Part shown: positions 45,086 to 54,725 of the stretch, in pieces
How the letters are laid out: each line of letters opens with the position of its first letter
Position numbering within the stretch: position 1 is the stretch's first letter
Assembly: GCA_040006935.1 (NCBI GenBank)
Contig: JBDTVZ010000001.1
Coordinates: 18,218-82,217 of the forward strand
Source: Candidatus Dojkabacteria bacterium
GTDB lineage: Bacteria; Patescibacteriota; Dojkabacteria; J137
Direction: 5' to 3'
Length of the DNA stretch: 64,000 bases
Notes under the pieces: model-generated
What the model saw: only the letters and a program-made list of their open reading frames with translations
Databases searched by the model: none
What the model was told of the DNA's origin: nothing
Made by a program: the position numbers and the translations under genes

Positions 45086-46837
45086 ATGCGTAAAAAAGAT
45101 TCATCTCAAAAAGATACAACTAAAAAGCAGGATTCAACATTTAAGAATTTCCTACAAACTCTAAAGCCATATACTTTATATTTAGTAATTATCTTGGCGT
45201 TAACAGCTGCTTTGAATAGTTATAACTTAGAAATACCTAAGGTAATTTCTAGGGCTATTGATGCTTACGCAAGAGGTACCTATAATCAAAACACAACTTT
45301 AAACGAGTTTATAGTGATTGTTGCTGCTGTGTTAATACTTTCAATTCTTCAAGTAGTAATTGGAAGTTACACTGCTGAAAGAGTTGCAAAAGATTTAAGA
45401 TTAAAATTATCAAGAAAAATTGCTGGAGGTTCATTTAGATTTGTACAAGATCAAACTTCATCTAAATTATTAACTAATATAACTTCTGATGTAGATGGAG
45501 TTAAAACATTTGTTTCTCAAGCAGCACCAACTTTATTCTCATCCATCTACCTAGCAATTGGAGCTGCGTGGAATATGTTTCAGTTAAATGGAAGTTTAGC
45601 TTTATTCACAATTGCATTTATCCCTGTAATAATTTTTGCATTTACTTATATTTTCGGGAAAATTCAAAAATTATTTACAAAAGGACAGGAAAATATTGAT
45701 GCCTTAAACAAAAAAATATCTGAGACAATCGAAGGAAGTGCATTAATAAGAGTTCTAAATTCACAAAAATACGAAACTGCAAGATTTGATGTTTTAAATA
45801 TAGTTACAAGAGATATAGGGAAAGGAATTCTTACAGGATTTGCGACTATATTCCCTTTAATAGGAGTTCTATTTAATGCAATGATTATTGGAATTATATG
45901 GTTTGGTGGGAATCAAGTTATTACAGGTGATTTATCAATTGGTAATTTTGGAGCATTTTACTCCTATGTTGCTATTTTAATAATGCCCATTATTACCTTA
46001 GGATTCATTAGTACATTAATTTCTAGATCTTTCTCAACATTTGTTAGAGTTTCTAGTGTCCTAAGTTCTAAAGACGAGGGACCTCAAGGAACGATTGTAA
46101 AAGATATTAAAGGTGATATTGAATTTAAGAAAGTACACTTAAAAATAGGTGAAAAAGAAATATTAAAGGATATTAACCTTAAAATTAAAGCTGGTACACG
46201 AAATGCAATAGTTGGACCAACAGCCTCAGGAAAAACTCAATTACTTTATATAATAGCTGGATTAGTGGAGCCAACAGATGGAGAAGTATTAGTTGATGGA
46301 GAAAATATTGAAAAGATAGAACCTAAAAGTCTTTATGGACAAATGGGTATCGTTTTTCAGGACAGCATTATCTTTAATACAACTTTAGAAGAGAATATAG
46401 CATTTAATAGCGAGGTAGATAAAGAATCTACAGATAAAGCAATTAATACAGCAGAGCTTGACGAATTTATTTCCAAACAACCAGAAGGTTTGAAAACGCA
46501 AGTTTCAGAAAGAGGAACAAGCTTATCCGGAGGACAAAAACAGAGATTGACTTTGGCAAGAGCTTTAACTTTAAATCCTAAAATATTACTACTAGACGAC
46601 TTTACTGCGAGAGTGGATCAACGGACAGAAAAATCAATTTCTGATAATCTAGTTAAGAATTATCCTGATACTACAGTTATTTCTATTACACAGAAAGTAA
46701 ATTCAATCACTGATTACGATCAAATATTTTTAATTATGGAAGGAGAATTACTAGCAAGTGGAACTCATCAAGAATTATTAAAGAATAGTTTCGAATATAA
46801 ACAAATTTTTGAATCACAAAAATCAACTGATAGATAA
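45086..46837 (+). CDS. ABC transporter permease/ATP-binding protein (type I exporter half, partner 1)
   Basis: Six-TM domain followed by GPTASGKTQ (Walker A), LSGGQKQRLTLARAL (signature), LLLDDFTARVD (Walker B with degenerate catalytic position). Confidence 0.85.
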   Translation: MRKKDSSQKDTTKKQDSTFKNFLQTLKPYTLYLVIILALTAALNSYNLEIPKVISRAIDAYARGTYNQNTTLNEFIVIVAAVLILSILQVVIGSYTAERVAKDLRLKLSRKIAGGSFRFVQDQTSSKLLTNITSDVDGVKTFVSQAAPTLFSSIYLAIGAAWNMFQLNGSLALFTIAFIPVIIFAFTYIFGKIQKLFTKGQENIDALNKKISETIEGSALIRVLNSQKYETARFDVLNIVTRDIGKGILTGFATIFPLIGVLFNAMIIGIIWFGGNQVITGDLSIGNFGAFYSYVAILIMPIITLGFISTLISRSFSTFVRVSSVLSSKDEGPQGTIVKDIKGDIEFKKVHLKIGEKEILKDINLKIKAGTRNAIVGPTASGKTQLLYIIAGLVEPTDGEVLVDGENIEKIEPKSLYGQMGIVFQDSIIFNTTLEENIAFNSEVDKESTDKAINTAELDEFISKQPEGLKTQVSERGTSLSGGQKQRLTLARALTLNPKILLLDDFTARVDQRTEKSISDNLVKNYPDTTVISITQKVNSITDYDQIFLIMEGELLASGTHQELLKNSFEYKQIFESQKSTDR

Positions 46838-46840
46838 GTT

Positions 46841-46861
46841 TCTCCCCTTCATAAGGGGAGA
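46841..46861. repeat. GC-rich hairpin TCTCCCCTTCATAAGGGGAGA
   Basis: Perfect 8-bp stem immediately after the ABC gene stop. Adjoins repeat copy B. Confidence 0.6.
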
Positions 46862-46884
46862 TGGCGAAGCCGAGGGGTTTGGCT

Positions 46885-46956
46885 CCCTCTCCTTTTAAGG
46901 AGAGGGTTGGGGTGAGGTCATACCGCCGCAAAACCACGTACTAGTTAGGGCGGTCC
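46885..46956 (-). repeat. GC-rich two-hairpin dispersed repeat, copy B
   Basis: CCCTCTCCTTTTAAGGAGAGGGTTGGGGTGAGGTCATACCGCC-loop-GGCGGTCC is the reverse-complement orientation of copy A. It sits between the two ABC half-transporter genes. Confidence 0.8.
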
Positions 46957-46975
46957 AAATTAATATACAACAAAT

Positions 46976-48742
46976 ATGAGATACAAATTAACTCAAAAAA
47001 AAGAAGGTGAAGTTGAGAAAAAAAGTAATATACTTTCTATCCTTATAGCATTCTCTCCTTTTTTAAGAACAGAGAAATTAAGAATTACCTTAGGCTTTAT
47101 TGCTATTGTAATCAACTCAGCAGTATCCATAGTTGCACCTTTTATTTTAGGATCAGTAATCGATGATTATATTCTTAAGAGAGATGTGGATGGTTTACTA
47201 CGCATTGTACTAGTTTTAATTGCCATGTACGCTGTTGCTTTCGTAACTAGCTACTTGCAAATATATTTAATGGGTATTGTAGGCCAGAACGTATTGTTTA
47301 AATTAAGAGATAAAATATTTAGAAAAATACAATCACTTCCCCTAGAGTTCTTTAACGATAATAAATCCGGAGATTTGATCTCAAGAATTAATAATGATAC
47401 AGACAAGCTAAATCAATTATTTTCAGAAGTTTTAGTAAGGCTTACAGGTAGTGTATTTACAATTGTAGGAATTGGTATTTTTATAATTTTTGTTAATGCA
47501 AAACTTGCCGCTGCTACATTAATTGGAGTTGTAGCCTTGTTTGTTATTACAACACTACTGGGACCGCTAATTAGGAAAGCAAATAAGAAAAGTTTAGATG
47601 CTTTGGGTAATTTCTCAGCGGAAATACAAGAAAGTTTAAGCAACTTTAAAGTTATCATAGCTTTTAATAGAAGAGATTATTTTAAAGAGAAATTTCAAGA
47701 AGCTCAACAGAAGAACTACTTGGCAGCAGTTTGGGCAGCAGTAGCAAATGGAGTAATTGCGCCAATCTATGATTTCGCTGGGAATATTGCTCAATTATTG
47801 ATATTGATTTACGGTATCTACTTAATTGGAACTGGAGAAGTTACAATAGGTTTATTAATAAGTTTTATTTCATATGCCGATAGATTCTATCAACCATTAA
47901 GAATTATGGCTTCTTTAATTGCGACCCTACAGTCTTCTTTGGCAGCATGGACTAGAGTAAATGAAATCTTAACGGCAGAAAGTAATTTAATAGAAGCAGA
48001 CGAAAAAACTATTGATGAGAAGAAATCTATTTTAAAATTCGATAATGTTTCTTTTGGTTATTTAGAAGGGTCAGATGTGCTTAAAGATATAAATATTGAT
48101 TTAGATTACGGTAAAACATACGCATTGGTAGGGCCAACTGGGGGAGGAAAAAGTACATTAGCATCTTTAATTGCAAGACTTTTTGACGCGAGAGCAGGAG
48201 AAATATATTTAGAAGGGAAAAATCTAAAATCTATAGCACCATCAGAAATAGCTAAAGAAATAGGGTTTATTTTACAAGATCCTTACCTGTTTGGTGGTAC
48301 CTTAGCAGACAATATTAAATATGGTAACGATGAGTTGCAAAATCTAAACTCAGAAGAATTAGCAACTAGAATAAAAGAATTAGGCTTAGAGAAAGTTCTA
48401 GAAAGATTCAATTCAGGTTTGGATGTTAAAGTAAGTTCAGATTCTGAAAATATTAGTCTTGGACAAAAGCAACTAATTGCATTCTTAAGAACTATTTTAA
48501 GAAAGCCGAAGTTACTAATATTAGATGAGGCTACTGCCAACATAGATACAATTACTGAGGCACTGCTTGAGGAAATTATTGATAAGCTTCCAAAAGATAC
48601 TACAAAAATTATCATTGCACACAGGCTTAATACCATTAAGAAAGCTGATCAAATCTTCTTTATTGCTAATGGGGAAGTTACACAAGCTAAAAACCTAAAA
48701 GGAGCTGTGGAAATGATTGAAAATGTTAAACGAAGCTCCTAA
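46976..48742 (+). CDS. ABC transporter permease/ATP-binding protein (type I exporter half, partner 2)
   Basis: TM domain followed by GPTGGGKST, SLGQKQLIAFLRTIL, LILDEATANID, AHRL. Confidence 0.85.
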   Translation: MRYKLTQKKEGEVEKKSNILSILIAFSPFLRTEKLRITLGFIAIVINSAVSIVAPFILGSVIDDYILKRDVDGLLRIVLVLIAMYAVAFVTSYLQIYLMGIVGQNVLFKLRDKIFRKIQSLPLEFFNDNKSGDLISRINNDTDKLNQLFSEVLVRLTGSVFTIVGIGIFIIFVNAKLAAATLIGVVALFVITTLLGPLIRKANKKSLDALGNFSAEIQESLSNFKVIIAFNRRDYFKEKFQEAQQKNYLAAVWAAVANGVIAPIYDFAGNIAQLLILIYGIYLIGTGEVTIGLLISFISYADRFYQPLRIMASLIATLQSSLAAWTRVNEILTAESNLIEADEKTIDEKKSILKFDNVSFGYLEGSDVLKDINIDLDYGKTYALVGPTGGGKSTLASLIARLFDARAGEIYLEGKNLKSIAPSEIAKEIGFILQDPYLFGGTLADNIKYGNDELQNLNSEELATRIKELGLEKVLERFNSGLDVKVSSDSENISLGQKQLIAFLRTILRKPKLLILDEATANIDTITEALLEEIIDKLPKDTTKIIIAHRLNTIKKADQIFFIANGEVTQAKNLKGAVEMIENVKRSS

Positions 48743-48752
48743 ATCTACAATT

Positions 48753-48788
48753 GTCATTGCGAGCGAACGAAGTGAGCGTGGCAATCCC
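48753..48788. repeat. GC-rich 'GTCATTGCGAGCGAACGAAGTGAGCGTGGCAATCC' element
   Basis: A GC-rich island just after the ABC stop. A related GTCATTCGTAGGGTCCGTCGATCGACGAACC lies at 63609..63639. Confidence 0.4.
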
Positions 48789-49007
48789 GTATTAAAAGCA
48801 AATCTATTAAAGATACACGACGAAATCTGTATGGCAGGCAGGTTAAAAAGAGGGGAATGAATAACAACTCATAGCAATAACACTTTTCATTATTTGAAAA
48901 TTAAATACTGATTATTTGTCAGTGGTTATTATAAAAACCTATAACATTTTTTTTCTTGCAGTCTGTTTACGAATTTATTAAACTGGACTCATTTGGTAAA
49001 TTTTTCT

Positions 49008-50681
49008 ATGAAGACAAAGTATATTTTTATATCAGGGGGTGTGATCTCGGGCATTGGCAAGGGAGTAACCGCATCCTCTTTAGGACTTCTTCTCAAATCC
49101 CGCGGATTTAAAATTAGTGTCATTAAGTGTGAAACCTATCTAAATGTAGACTCCGGAACCATTAACCCCATTGAACATGGGGATCCTTTTTTATGCGCGG
49201 ATGGGCTAGAAGCTGACATGGATTTAGGAACATATGAAAGATTTCTTGAAATAGAAGTGGGACATAAAAATTTCTGTACAATGGGACAGGTGTACAAGAC
49301 CATTATTGATAAGGAAAGATCTATGGGTTACCATGGGAAAACCGTGGATGCTATACCAGAAATTCCAAATGAAATAATAAGAAGAATAAAGGAAGCAGGA
49401 AAAGGTTCAGAAATATGTTTGGTAGAACTGGGTGGCACAGCAGGTGAATATCAAAATATTTACAACTACGAGGCAGCTAGAATGATGAAGTTAGAAATGC
49501 CTGATGATTGTGTACATATTCATATTAGTTATGTTCCAATTCCAGAACACATTGGTGAGCCTAAAACAAAACCTACGCAGTTATCTATGAGATTTTTGAA
49601 CATGGCTGGAATACAGCCTGATTTTCTAGTTTTAAGAAGCAGCAAAGTTGTTGATTCGCTCAGGCTATCTAAAGTTGCAATTCAATGCAATATCCATCCT
49701 GATAGAATAATAATGAATTCTAATGTTAAGAGTATTTACGAACTACCTTTAAAATTTCAGTCACAAAATATGGATATTAAGGTTTTAAGTCTACTTAAGC
49801 TTAAAAGGAAGCCCTTAAATCTAAAAAGATGGCAGAAATTGGTAAAAATTATTACTACTGAAAGAAAAAAACGTGTTCTAATAGCTGTTGTTGGCAAATA
49901 TATTGCAACTGGATCTTTCCAATTACCTGACTCTTATAATTCTTTATCACACGCTCTAAAACATGCAAGTTGGGGTACGAATATTGGAGTAGACATAATG
50001 TTTATAAACGCAGAAGACCTTGAGGATAGCCACAAAGCCAGTGATCTACTCAAGCACGCAAATGGAATAATTGTTCCAATTGGATGGGGTAGCAGAGGAG
50101 TAGAAGGTAAAATTAAAGCAATAGAGTATGCTAGAAAGAATAAAGTTCCATATTTAGGTCTTTGTTATGGTATGCAACTTGCATGCGTAGAATTTGCAAG
50201 AGATGTTTTGGGTTGGAAGGATGCTAATTCTGAAGAAGTTAATCCTAAAACGAATCATAAAATAATACATACGATCCCTTTTGATCCAAAATACCAAACA
50301 ATAAAAGGAGAAGGCACTTCGATGAGGCTAGGAACTTACCCTTGTGTTGTAAAGAAAGGAAGCCTAGCATACGATATATATTCTAAAGACGCGCAATTGC
50401 GCGTCTCAAAAAAGAACAAAGATATGATTGTTTATGAGAGACATCGTCATAGGTTTGAATTTAATAATGAATATAGAAAAGCCTTAGAAGATAAAGGAAT
50501 GGTATTTAGTGGAACTTCACCTGATGACTTTTTTGTAGAAATTATAGAACTTCCAAAGAAACTACATCCATTTTTTATTGCTACACAAGCGCATCCAGAA
50601 TATAAATCTAAGCCTTTGGAACCTCATCCAGTTTTCGTAGAATTTGTTAAAGCCTCTATGAAATTCACTCCAAAAAAATAA
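49008..50681 (+). CDS. pyrG: CTP synthase
   Basis: KYIFISGGVISGIGKGVTASSLG, DSGTINPIEHGDPF, glutaminase domain GLCYGMQLA and HRHRFEFN. ATG 49008 preferred over TTG 48993. Confidence 0.9.
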   Translation: MKTKYIFISGGVISGIGKGVTASSLGLLLKSRGFKISVIKCETYLNVDSGTINPIEHGDPFLCADGLEADMDLGTYERFLEIEVGHKNFCTMGQVYKTIIDKERSMGYHGKTVDAIPEIPNEIIRRIKEAGKGSEICLVELGGTAGEYQNIYNYEAARMMKLEMPDDCVHIHISYVPIPEHIGEPKTKPTQLSMRFLNMAGIQPDFLVLRSSKVVDSLRLSKVAIQCNIHPDRIIMNSNVKSIYELPLKFQSQNMDIKVLSLLKLKRKPLNLKRWQKLVKIITTERKKRVLIAVVGKYIATGSFQLPDSYNSLSHALKHASWGTNIGVDIMFINAEDLEDSHKASDLLKHANGIIVPIGWGSRGVEGKIKAIEYARKNKVPYLGLCYGMQLACVEFARDVLGWKDANSEEVNPKTNHKIIHTIPFDPKYQTIKGEGTSMRLGTYPCVVKKGSLAYDIYSKDAQLRVSKKNKDMIVYERHRHRFEFNNEYRKALEDKGMVFSGTSPDDFFVEIIELPKKLHPFFIATQAHPEYKSKPLEPHPVFVEFVKASMKFTPKK

Positions 50682-50723
50682 TTATCTGCTAAAATAGATT
50701 TCTAAGATTGTTTCCATAAACTG

Positions 50724-51158
50724 ATGTTACTTCAAATTGATAAAGCTTTTACCCGTTTTGCTTATAAACTAGGGGTTGAATCTGCATATATTGCTGCGAA
50801 AGGGAAAAAGAACGCTCTGGAATCCTCAAATGATTTACCTATCTCAATGGCAGTTCTTGTAGATAAATGCAATAGTTTCAATCAACTCCCAGCAAACAGA
50901 GCAATTTACTTTATAGCTTTATTAGAGCAGCTCCAAAAACAAAACTATAGTGGATTTATTATTTCCAGTGAGAATTATAATTACTTTTTATCAAACTCTA
51001 ATAGCCCTTATCTTTCCAAAGATATTCAAATACTAAATAACTGGAAAAGCATAGATACGGAGACAGTCACTAAAGCCTATATTAGGACTTTAATGACTGT
51101 TAAATACGGCGAGAATCATCATGGAAGAGAGTTCCGAGTTGTTATATCAGAGTCTTAA
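50724..51158 (+). CDS. hypothetical protein
   Basis: 144-aa ORF with no recognisable motif. Confidence 0.45.
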   Translation: MLLQIDKAFTRFAYKLGVESAYIAAKGKKNALESSNDLPISMAVLVDKCNSFNQLPANRAIYFIALLEQLQKQNYSGFIISSENYNYFLSNSNSPYLSKDIQILNNWKSIDTETVTKAYIRTLMTVKYGENHHGREFRVVISES

Positions 51159-51164
51159 GAGTAA

Positions 51165-51587
51165 TTACTTAATTGCTATCTTTTTAGGCATTATTTCAGG
51201 TTGTTTTGGAAGTTTAAGAGTCAATACTCCACTGTCCAGAGTAGCTTCAACACTATCTGTGTCCACTTTCCCAGGAAGGGCCACACTTCTTTTAAAACTA
51301 CCTTCTCTGTATTCTTGCATTACAAAATTATTTTCTTCTGTATTTGATTTCTCGCTCATTTTTCCCTCCAAAATAAGCATATTTTCTTGAAAAGCAATTT
51401 CAATATTTTCCTTTGTATAACCTGGAACTTGTGCAGTAACTTCAAATCTATCTGGAAGGTCTTTAATATTCACGCTTATGGATGATCCTAGATTCGGCAT
51501 TCCAACGTCACTTATAAAGTTTGACATAGAATCTTCAAAAACTCTAAACATCTCCGATGGTCTTACTAATGTTATTTTTCTAGTCAT
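51165..51587 (-). CDS. Hsp20/alpha-crystallin family small heat-shock protein
   Basis: FEVTAQVPGYTKENIEIAFQENMLILEGK...GSFKRSVALPGKVDTDSVEATLDSGVLTLKLPK. Confidence 0.85.
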   Translation of the reverse strand: MTRKITLVRPSEMFRVFEDSMSNFISDVGMPNLGSSISVNIKDLPDRFEVTAQVPGYTKENIEIAFQENMLILEGKMSEKSNTEENNFVMQEYREGSFKRSVALPGKVDTDSVEATLDSGVLTLKLPKQPEIMPKKIAIK

Positions 51588-51702
51588 AAATTTATTTTTA
51601 ATAAATATTTGGCAGACTCTTATTTACTCTGCTAATAGTATTTTATTACCTAAGTAGTTTTTCTGTCAAGAATTAGTATAATTACTTAATAATATTTAGT
51701 AA

Positions 51703-52110
51703 ATGACCATGGCAGAACTAAAAACAAAAGCTACAACTGTAAGCGTAGCTGACTTTATAAATTCAATAGAAGATGAAATAAAAAAGAATGATTGTAAAGA
51801 AATCTTAAAAATGATGGCAGAAGTTACAGGTGATAAAGGTAAAATGTGGGGATCAAGCATAGTTGGATTTGTTGATGTACATTTAAAATACGAAAGTGGA
51901 AGAGAGCTAGACTGGTTTAAAATTGGATTTTCTCCTAGAAAACAGAACCTGACTCTTTATGGTTTATTAAACAACTTAGGTGACTCTTCAAATTTGCTAG
52001 ATAAACTAGGAAAATACACAACAAGTAAAGGATGTTTATACATCAAAAAACTTTCGGAAGTAAATAAAGATATCTTAAAAGAAATCATAAAGAAGGCTTT
52101 AACAGTATAG
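51703..52110 (+). CDS. DUF1801 (YdhG-like) domain protein
   Basis: 135 aa. VADFINSIEDE...MWGSSIVGF...FSPRKQNLTLY pattern. Confidence 0.6.
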   Translation: MTMAELKTKATTVSVADFINSIEDEIKKNDCKEILKMMAEVTGDKGKMWGSSIVGFVDVHLKYESGRELDWFKIGFSPRKQNLTLYGLLNNLGDSSNLLDKLGKYTTSKGCLYIKKLSEVNKDILKEIIKKALTV

Positions 52111-52200
52111 CTTTATAAGAATTAAATGTTTTACTAATTTGTTATAATAATTTCCTAAAAATATCTAGTCATAATTTTTACGATGTGACATAATTGTCAC

Positions 52201-53220
52201 ATGGACAAAAATGAACAAAAAAATATCAAATATTTCCAGTTAGCTTCTATAATATTTAGTATTATCTTTTTCATATTAGTTTTTCAAGCAATTTACCCGC
52301 ACTACATATTTGGTGTTTGTGACTATACTCGGTGGTTGACAATTCCGATGGTTCTTTTTGCCATACTAAGTTTCTTAACATTTTTACCTAACTTTATTAT
52401 CCGATTTAAACAAAGATCACAAACTAAATTATTTTTAGTTAATCTAATCTTCATTTTGCTTACAGTTTCTATACTGTTTATTTCAATTTTAAGTAACCTT
52501 TGTGGTGGTTCTACAGGTATAACTGGAGCCACTGGTTTAAACGGGACAATTGGAGTATCAGGGAATATTGGTGGAACGGGTGAACAAGGAAAACCAGGAT
52601 CAACTGGATCAAAAGGGATTTCTGGGCAAACTGGTACCCAGGGTAACTCCGGTGAAGCAGGTGCAGTTGGAGCTGGTGGAACACCTGGATCTGTAGGATC
52701 TACTGGAAGCAATGGGATACCCGGAACAAACGGTTTAGTTGGAGGTTTAGGGTTACAAGGGCCACCAGGTCCACAGGGAGATCCAGGAGCTGCTGGTACT
52801 CCAGGAACAAGTGCTAATATTAACTATGGGTACATTTATAATACTGGTGCCCAATCAGTAGCAATTGATGCTCCTATTCTTTTCAGCTCGTCCGGACCAA
52901 TGGTTGGAGTCACACATACTGCTGGAACATCTACAATTACTATTACTAATGCTGGAGTATATTCAATTAATTTTTCAGTATCAGGGGCAGAAGCTAATCA
53001 ATTTACTGTATATATAAATGGCACACCATCTCCTACAACTACTTATGGCTCAGCAGCTGGTATCCAACAGAATAATGGACAAGCAATTCTTATACTCGGT
53101 GCTGGTGATGTTTTAACTGTTGTAAATCATTCTTCTGCAGCTGCTGTAACTCTTACAGCTCTAGTTGGAGGGACACAATCAACAGTAAGTGCTTCAGTAC
53201 TTATTAGACGATTAGATTAA
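52201..53220 (+). CDS. membrane-anchored collagen-like triple-helix repeat protein with BclA/C1q-like C-terminal domain
   Basis: Three N-terminal TM helices, ~34 uninterrupted G-X-Y triplets (52504..52810), then a beta-rich C-terminal domain (YIYNTGAQSVAIDAPILF...ITNAGVYSINFSVSG...VLTVVNHS). Confidence 0.8.
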   Translation: MDKNEQKNIKYFQLASIIFSIIFFILVFQAIYPHYIFGVCDYTRWLTIPMVLFAILSFLTFLPNFIIRFKQRSQTKLFLVNLIFILLTVSILFISILSNLCGGSTGITGATGLNGTIGVSGNIGGTGEQGKPGSTGSKGISGQTGTQGNSGEAGAVGAGGTPGSVGSTGSNGIPGTNGLVGGLGLQGPPGPQGDPGAAGTPGTSANINYGYIYNTGAQSVAIDAPILFSSSGPMVGVTHTAGTSTITITNAGVYSINFSVSGAEANQFTVYINGTPSPTTTYGSAAGIQQNNGQAILILGAGDVLTVVNHSSAAAVTLTALVGGTQSTVSASVLIRRLD

Positions 53221-53630
53221 GGTATAGGTTTAGTATACTTTTCAATTGCTACTTCTAAATGTTTCTTAATCCAAGGTTGTAGCTCTTCTTTCGCAAGATC
53301 TTGGAAAGCAACCCATTTATAACCTTCATGTTCATAAGATAATTTAACCTCACCGCTCTTATAGTCAAGAATATAAAAAAGTGCTAAAGCTGGCTCACCT
53401 TTTCTCTCAAAAATTGTATTCGACATTAAAGCAGAGTTTTCAACTTCCAAGCCAGTTTCCTCTTGAACTTCTCTTAAAACAGCATCGTCAGGAAGCTCAT
53501 TATCATCAACTAAACCACCCGGTAAATCCCAGGTTAAAGGAAAAGTAGGAGCAGTGGACCCACGTTTAACAAGAAGGATTTTGCCTTCTTTTAAAATTAA
53601 AGCTTTTACACCAAGTAGAAATTTGTTCAT
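53217..53630 (-). CDS. NUDIX hydrolase
   Basis: GGLVDDNELPDDAVLREVQEETGLE matches the Nudix box GX5EX7REUXEEXGU. Confidence 0.85.
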   Translation of the reverse strand: MNKFLLGVKALILKEGKILLVKRGSTAPTFPLTWDLPGGLVDDNELPDDAVLREVQEETGLEVENSALMSNTIFERKGEPALALFYILDYKSGEVKLSYEHEGYKWVAFQDLAKEELQPWIKKHLEVAIEKYTKPIP

Positions 53631-53646
53631 AAATATATATAAATAA

Positions 53647-54217
53647 TTATTTACTAATCTTCTTTATCATCCCCTCTATTTTTGGTAATAGATCAGTGTC
53701 TATAAATTTGATTAATTCAGATCCTTTATCCGGTGAATTCGATACGTCTATTGTGCAGGCATATTTAATACCATATTCAGCACCCGGAGGAAGTTTAGAT
53801 AGGTAATCTGCTAATTCAGACTCCTTAAGTGTGATAACTTCTACAGGTCGATCTAAGTGGGAGAGCTCAATTAGAATTTTATAACCTGGTAAATCTTTAA
53901 AAAACCTTGCCAAAAATCGTGTTGGAGTCTTCAGTTCAGTCTTTGAAGGTATAAATATTTGATCATGAAGAATTAACCCTTTCAGATTATTTAATCCTAA
54001 AGATATATCCTCCAGTGTATTTATTAGTTTATCCTTAGTAGGTGCAAATGTGGATCCTAACAATACTTCTTCATATAGCCCCCCCAAAGTGAAACTGTGC
54101 CCGATCTTCTACTGTATTAATTACCATATTTAGCCCCGGAGAGAGAGTAACAGATAGCGTATCCTTGCCTAGACTGCCGATTTTTTCAATTATAGGAGTA
54201 AATAATGTTGGGTTCAT
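53647..54217 (-). pseudogene. hypothetical gene split by a frameshift at a G7 (plus-strand C7) homopolymer
   Basis: ATG at 54217 opens a 48-codon frame (MNPTLFTPIIEKIGSLGKD...AQFHFGGAI*). The 146-aa ORF 53647..54087 continues in the adjacent frame. The frames meet at CCCCCCC 54079-54085, and loss of one G would fuse them. Confidence 0.55.
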
Positions 54218-54241
54218 AATTTAGAGTTAAAATTTATATAT

Positions 54242-54592
54242 TTAGTAAGTTAACATTTTATTAATCAATCCAGACAGCATCTTCCCTATTATAACTAATG
54301 AACTATAAATATTGCTATACTCGATTTCGTTTATTTTATCTTCGATCTTTAGAAGCTTTATTATTGCTACACATTCCTGCGTGGAACCACGAGCTATTAT
54401 ATAAAAGTTCTTCTTATCTTTACTACTATATTTACCAGCTCCCTCTGCAATATTTAACAAAATACTTGAAGACGCACGATATAACTGGTCTCTTAGGCTA
54501 TTATGTATCAATCTATTTTTTAGAAAAGGTTGTAGAGAAGTTATTAAGTCTTCAGTTTTCAAATACACAGGAAATTTTTCGAAATCAAACAT
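54242..54592 (-). CDS. four-helix-bundle protein (23S rRNA intervening-sequence protein family)
   Basis: MFDFEKFPVYLKTEDL...LRDQLYRASSSILLNIAEGAGKYSSKDKKNFYIIARGSTQECVAIIKL. Confidence 0.85.
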   Translation of the reverse strand: MFDFEKFPVYLKTEDLITSLQPFLKNRLIHNSLRDQLYRASSSILLNIAEGAGKYSSKDKKNFYIIARGSTQECVAIIKLLKIEDKINEIEYSNIYSSLVIIGKMLSGLINKMLTY

Positions 54593-54725
54593 TACTATTA
54601 TGGTAAATGTTTGATTATAGCAAAAAGAGAAATCTTGAAAAAGAAATTCCTAAATTCTTAATCTTTGCCTTTATCTTAATTCTTAGAATTTAGATAAAGA
54701 ATTGAGTATTAGAATTAAGAAGAAT

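Noticed and set aside
46734-46937. 67-aa minus-strand ORF (…LTPTLSLKGEGAKPLGF…)
   Set aside because: It is a translation artefact of the GC-rich hairpin repeats and overlaps the 3' end of the ABC gene.
51121-51390. 89-aa plus-strand ORF
   Set aside because: It is antisense to the well-supported Hsp20 gene.
52323-52712. 129-aa proline-rich minus-strand ORF
   Set aside because: It is the antisense of the Gly-X-Y collagen repeat (GGN read backwards gives NCC, i.e. Pro). The plus-strand frame has full-length coherent architecture.
54593-54725. AT-rich imperfect hairpin (CTAAATTCT...AGAATTTAG) downstream of the tRNA unit, considered as its terminator
   Set aside because: It is plausible, but the stem is AT-only with a long loop and a weak T-tract on the minus strand. 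This is not enough to call a terminator.
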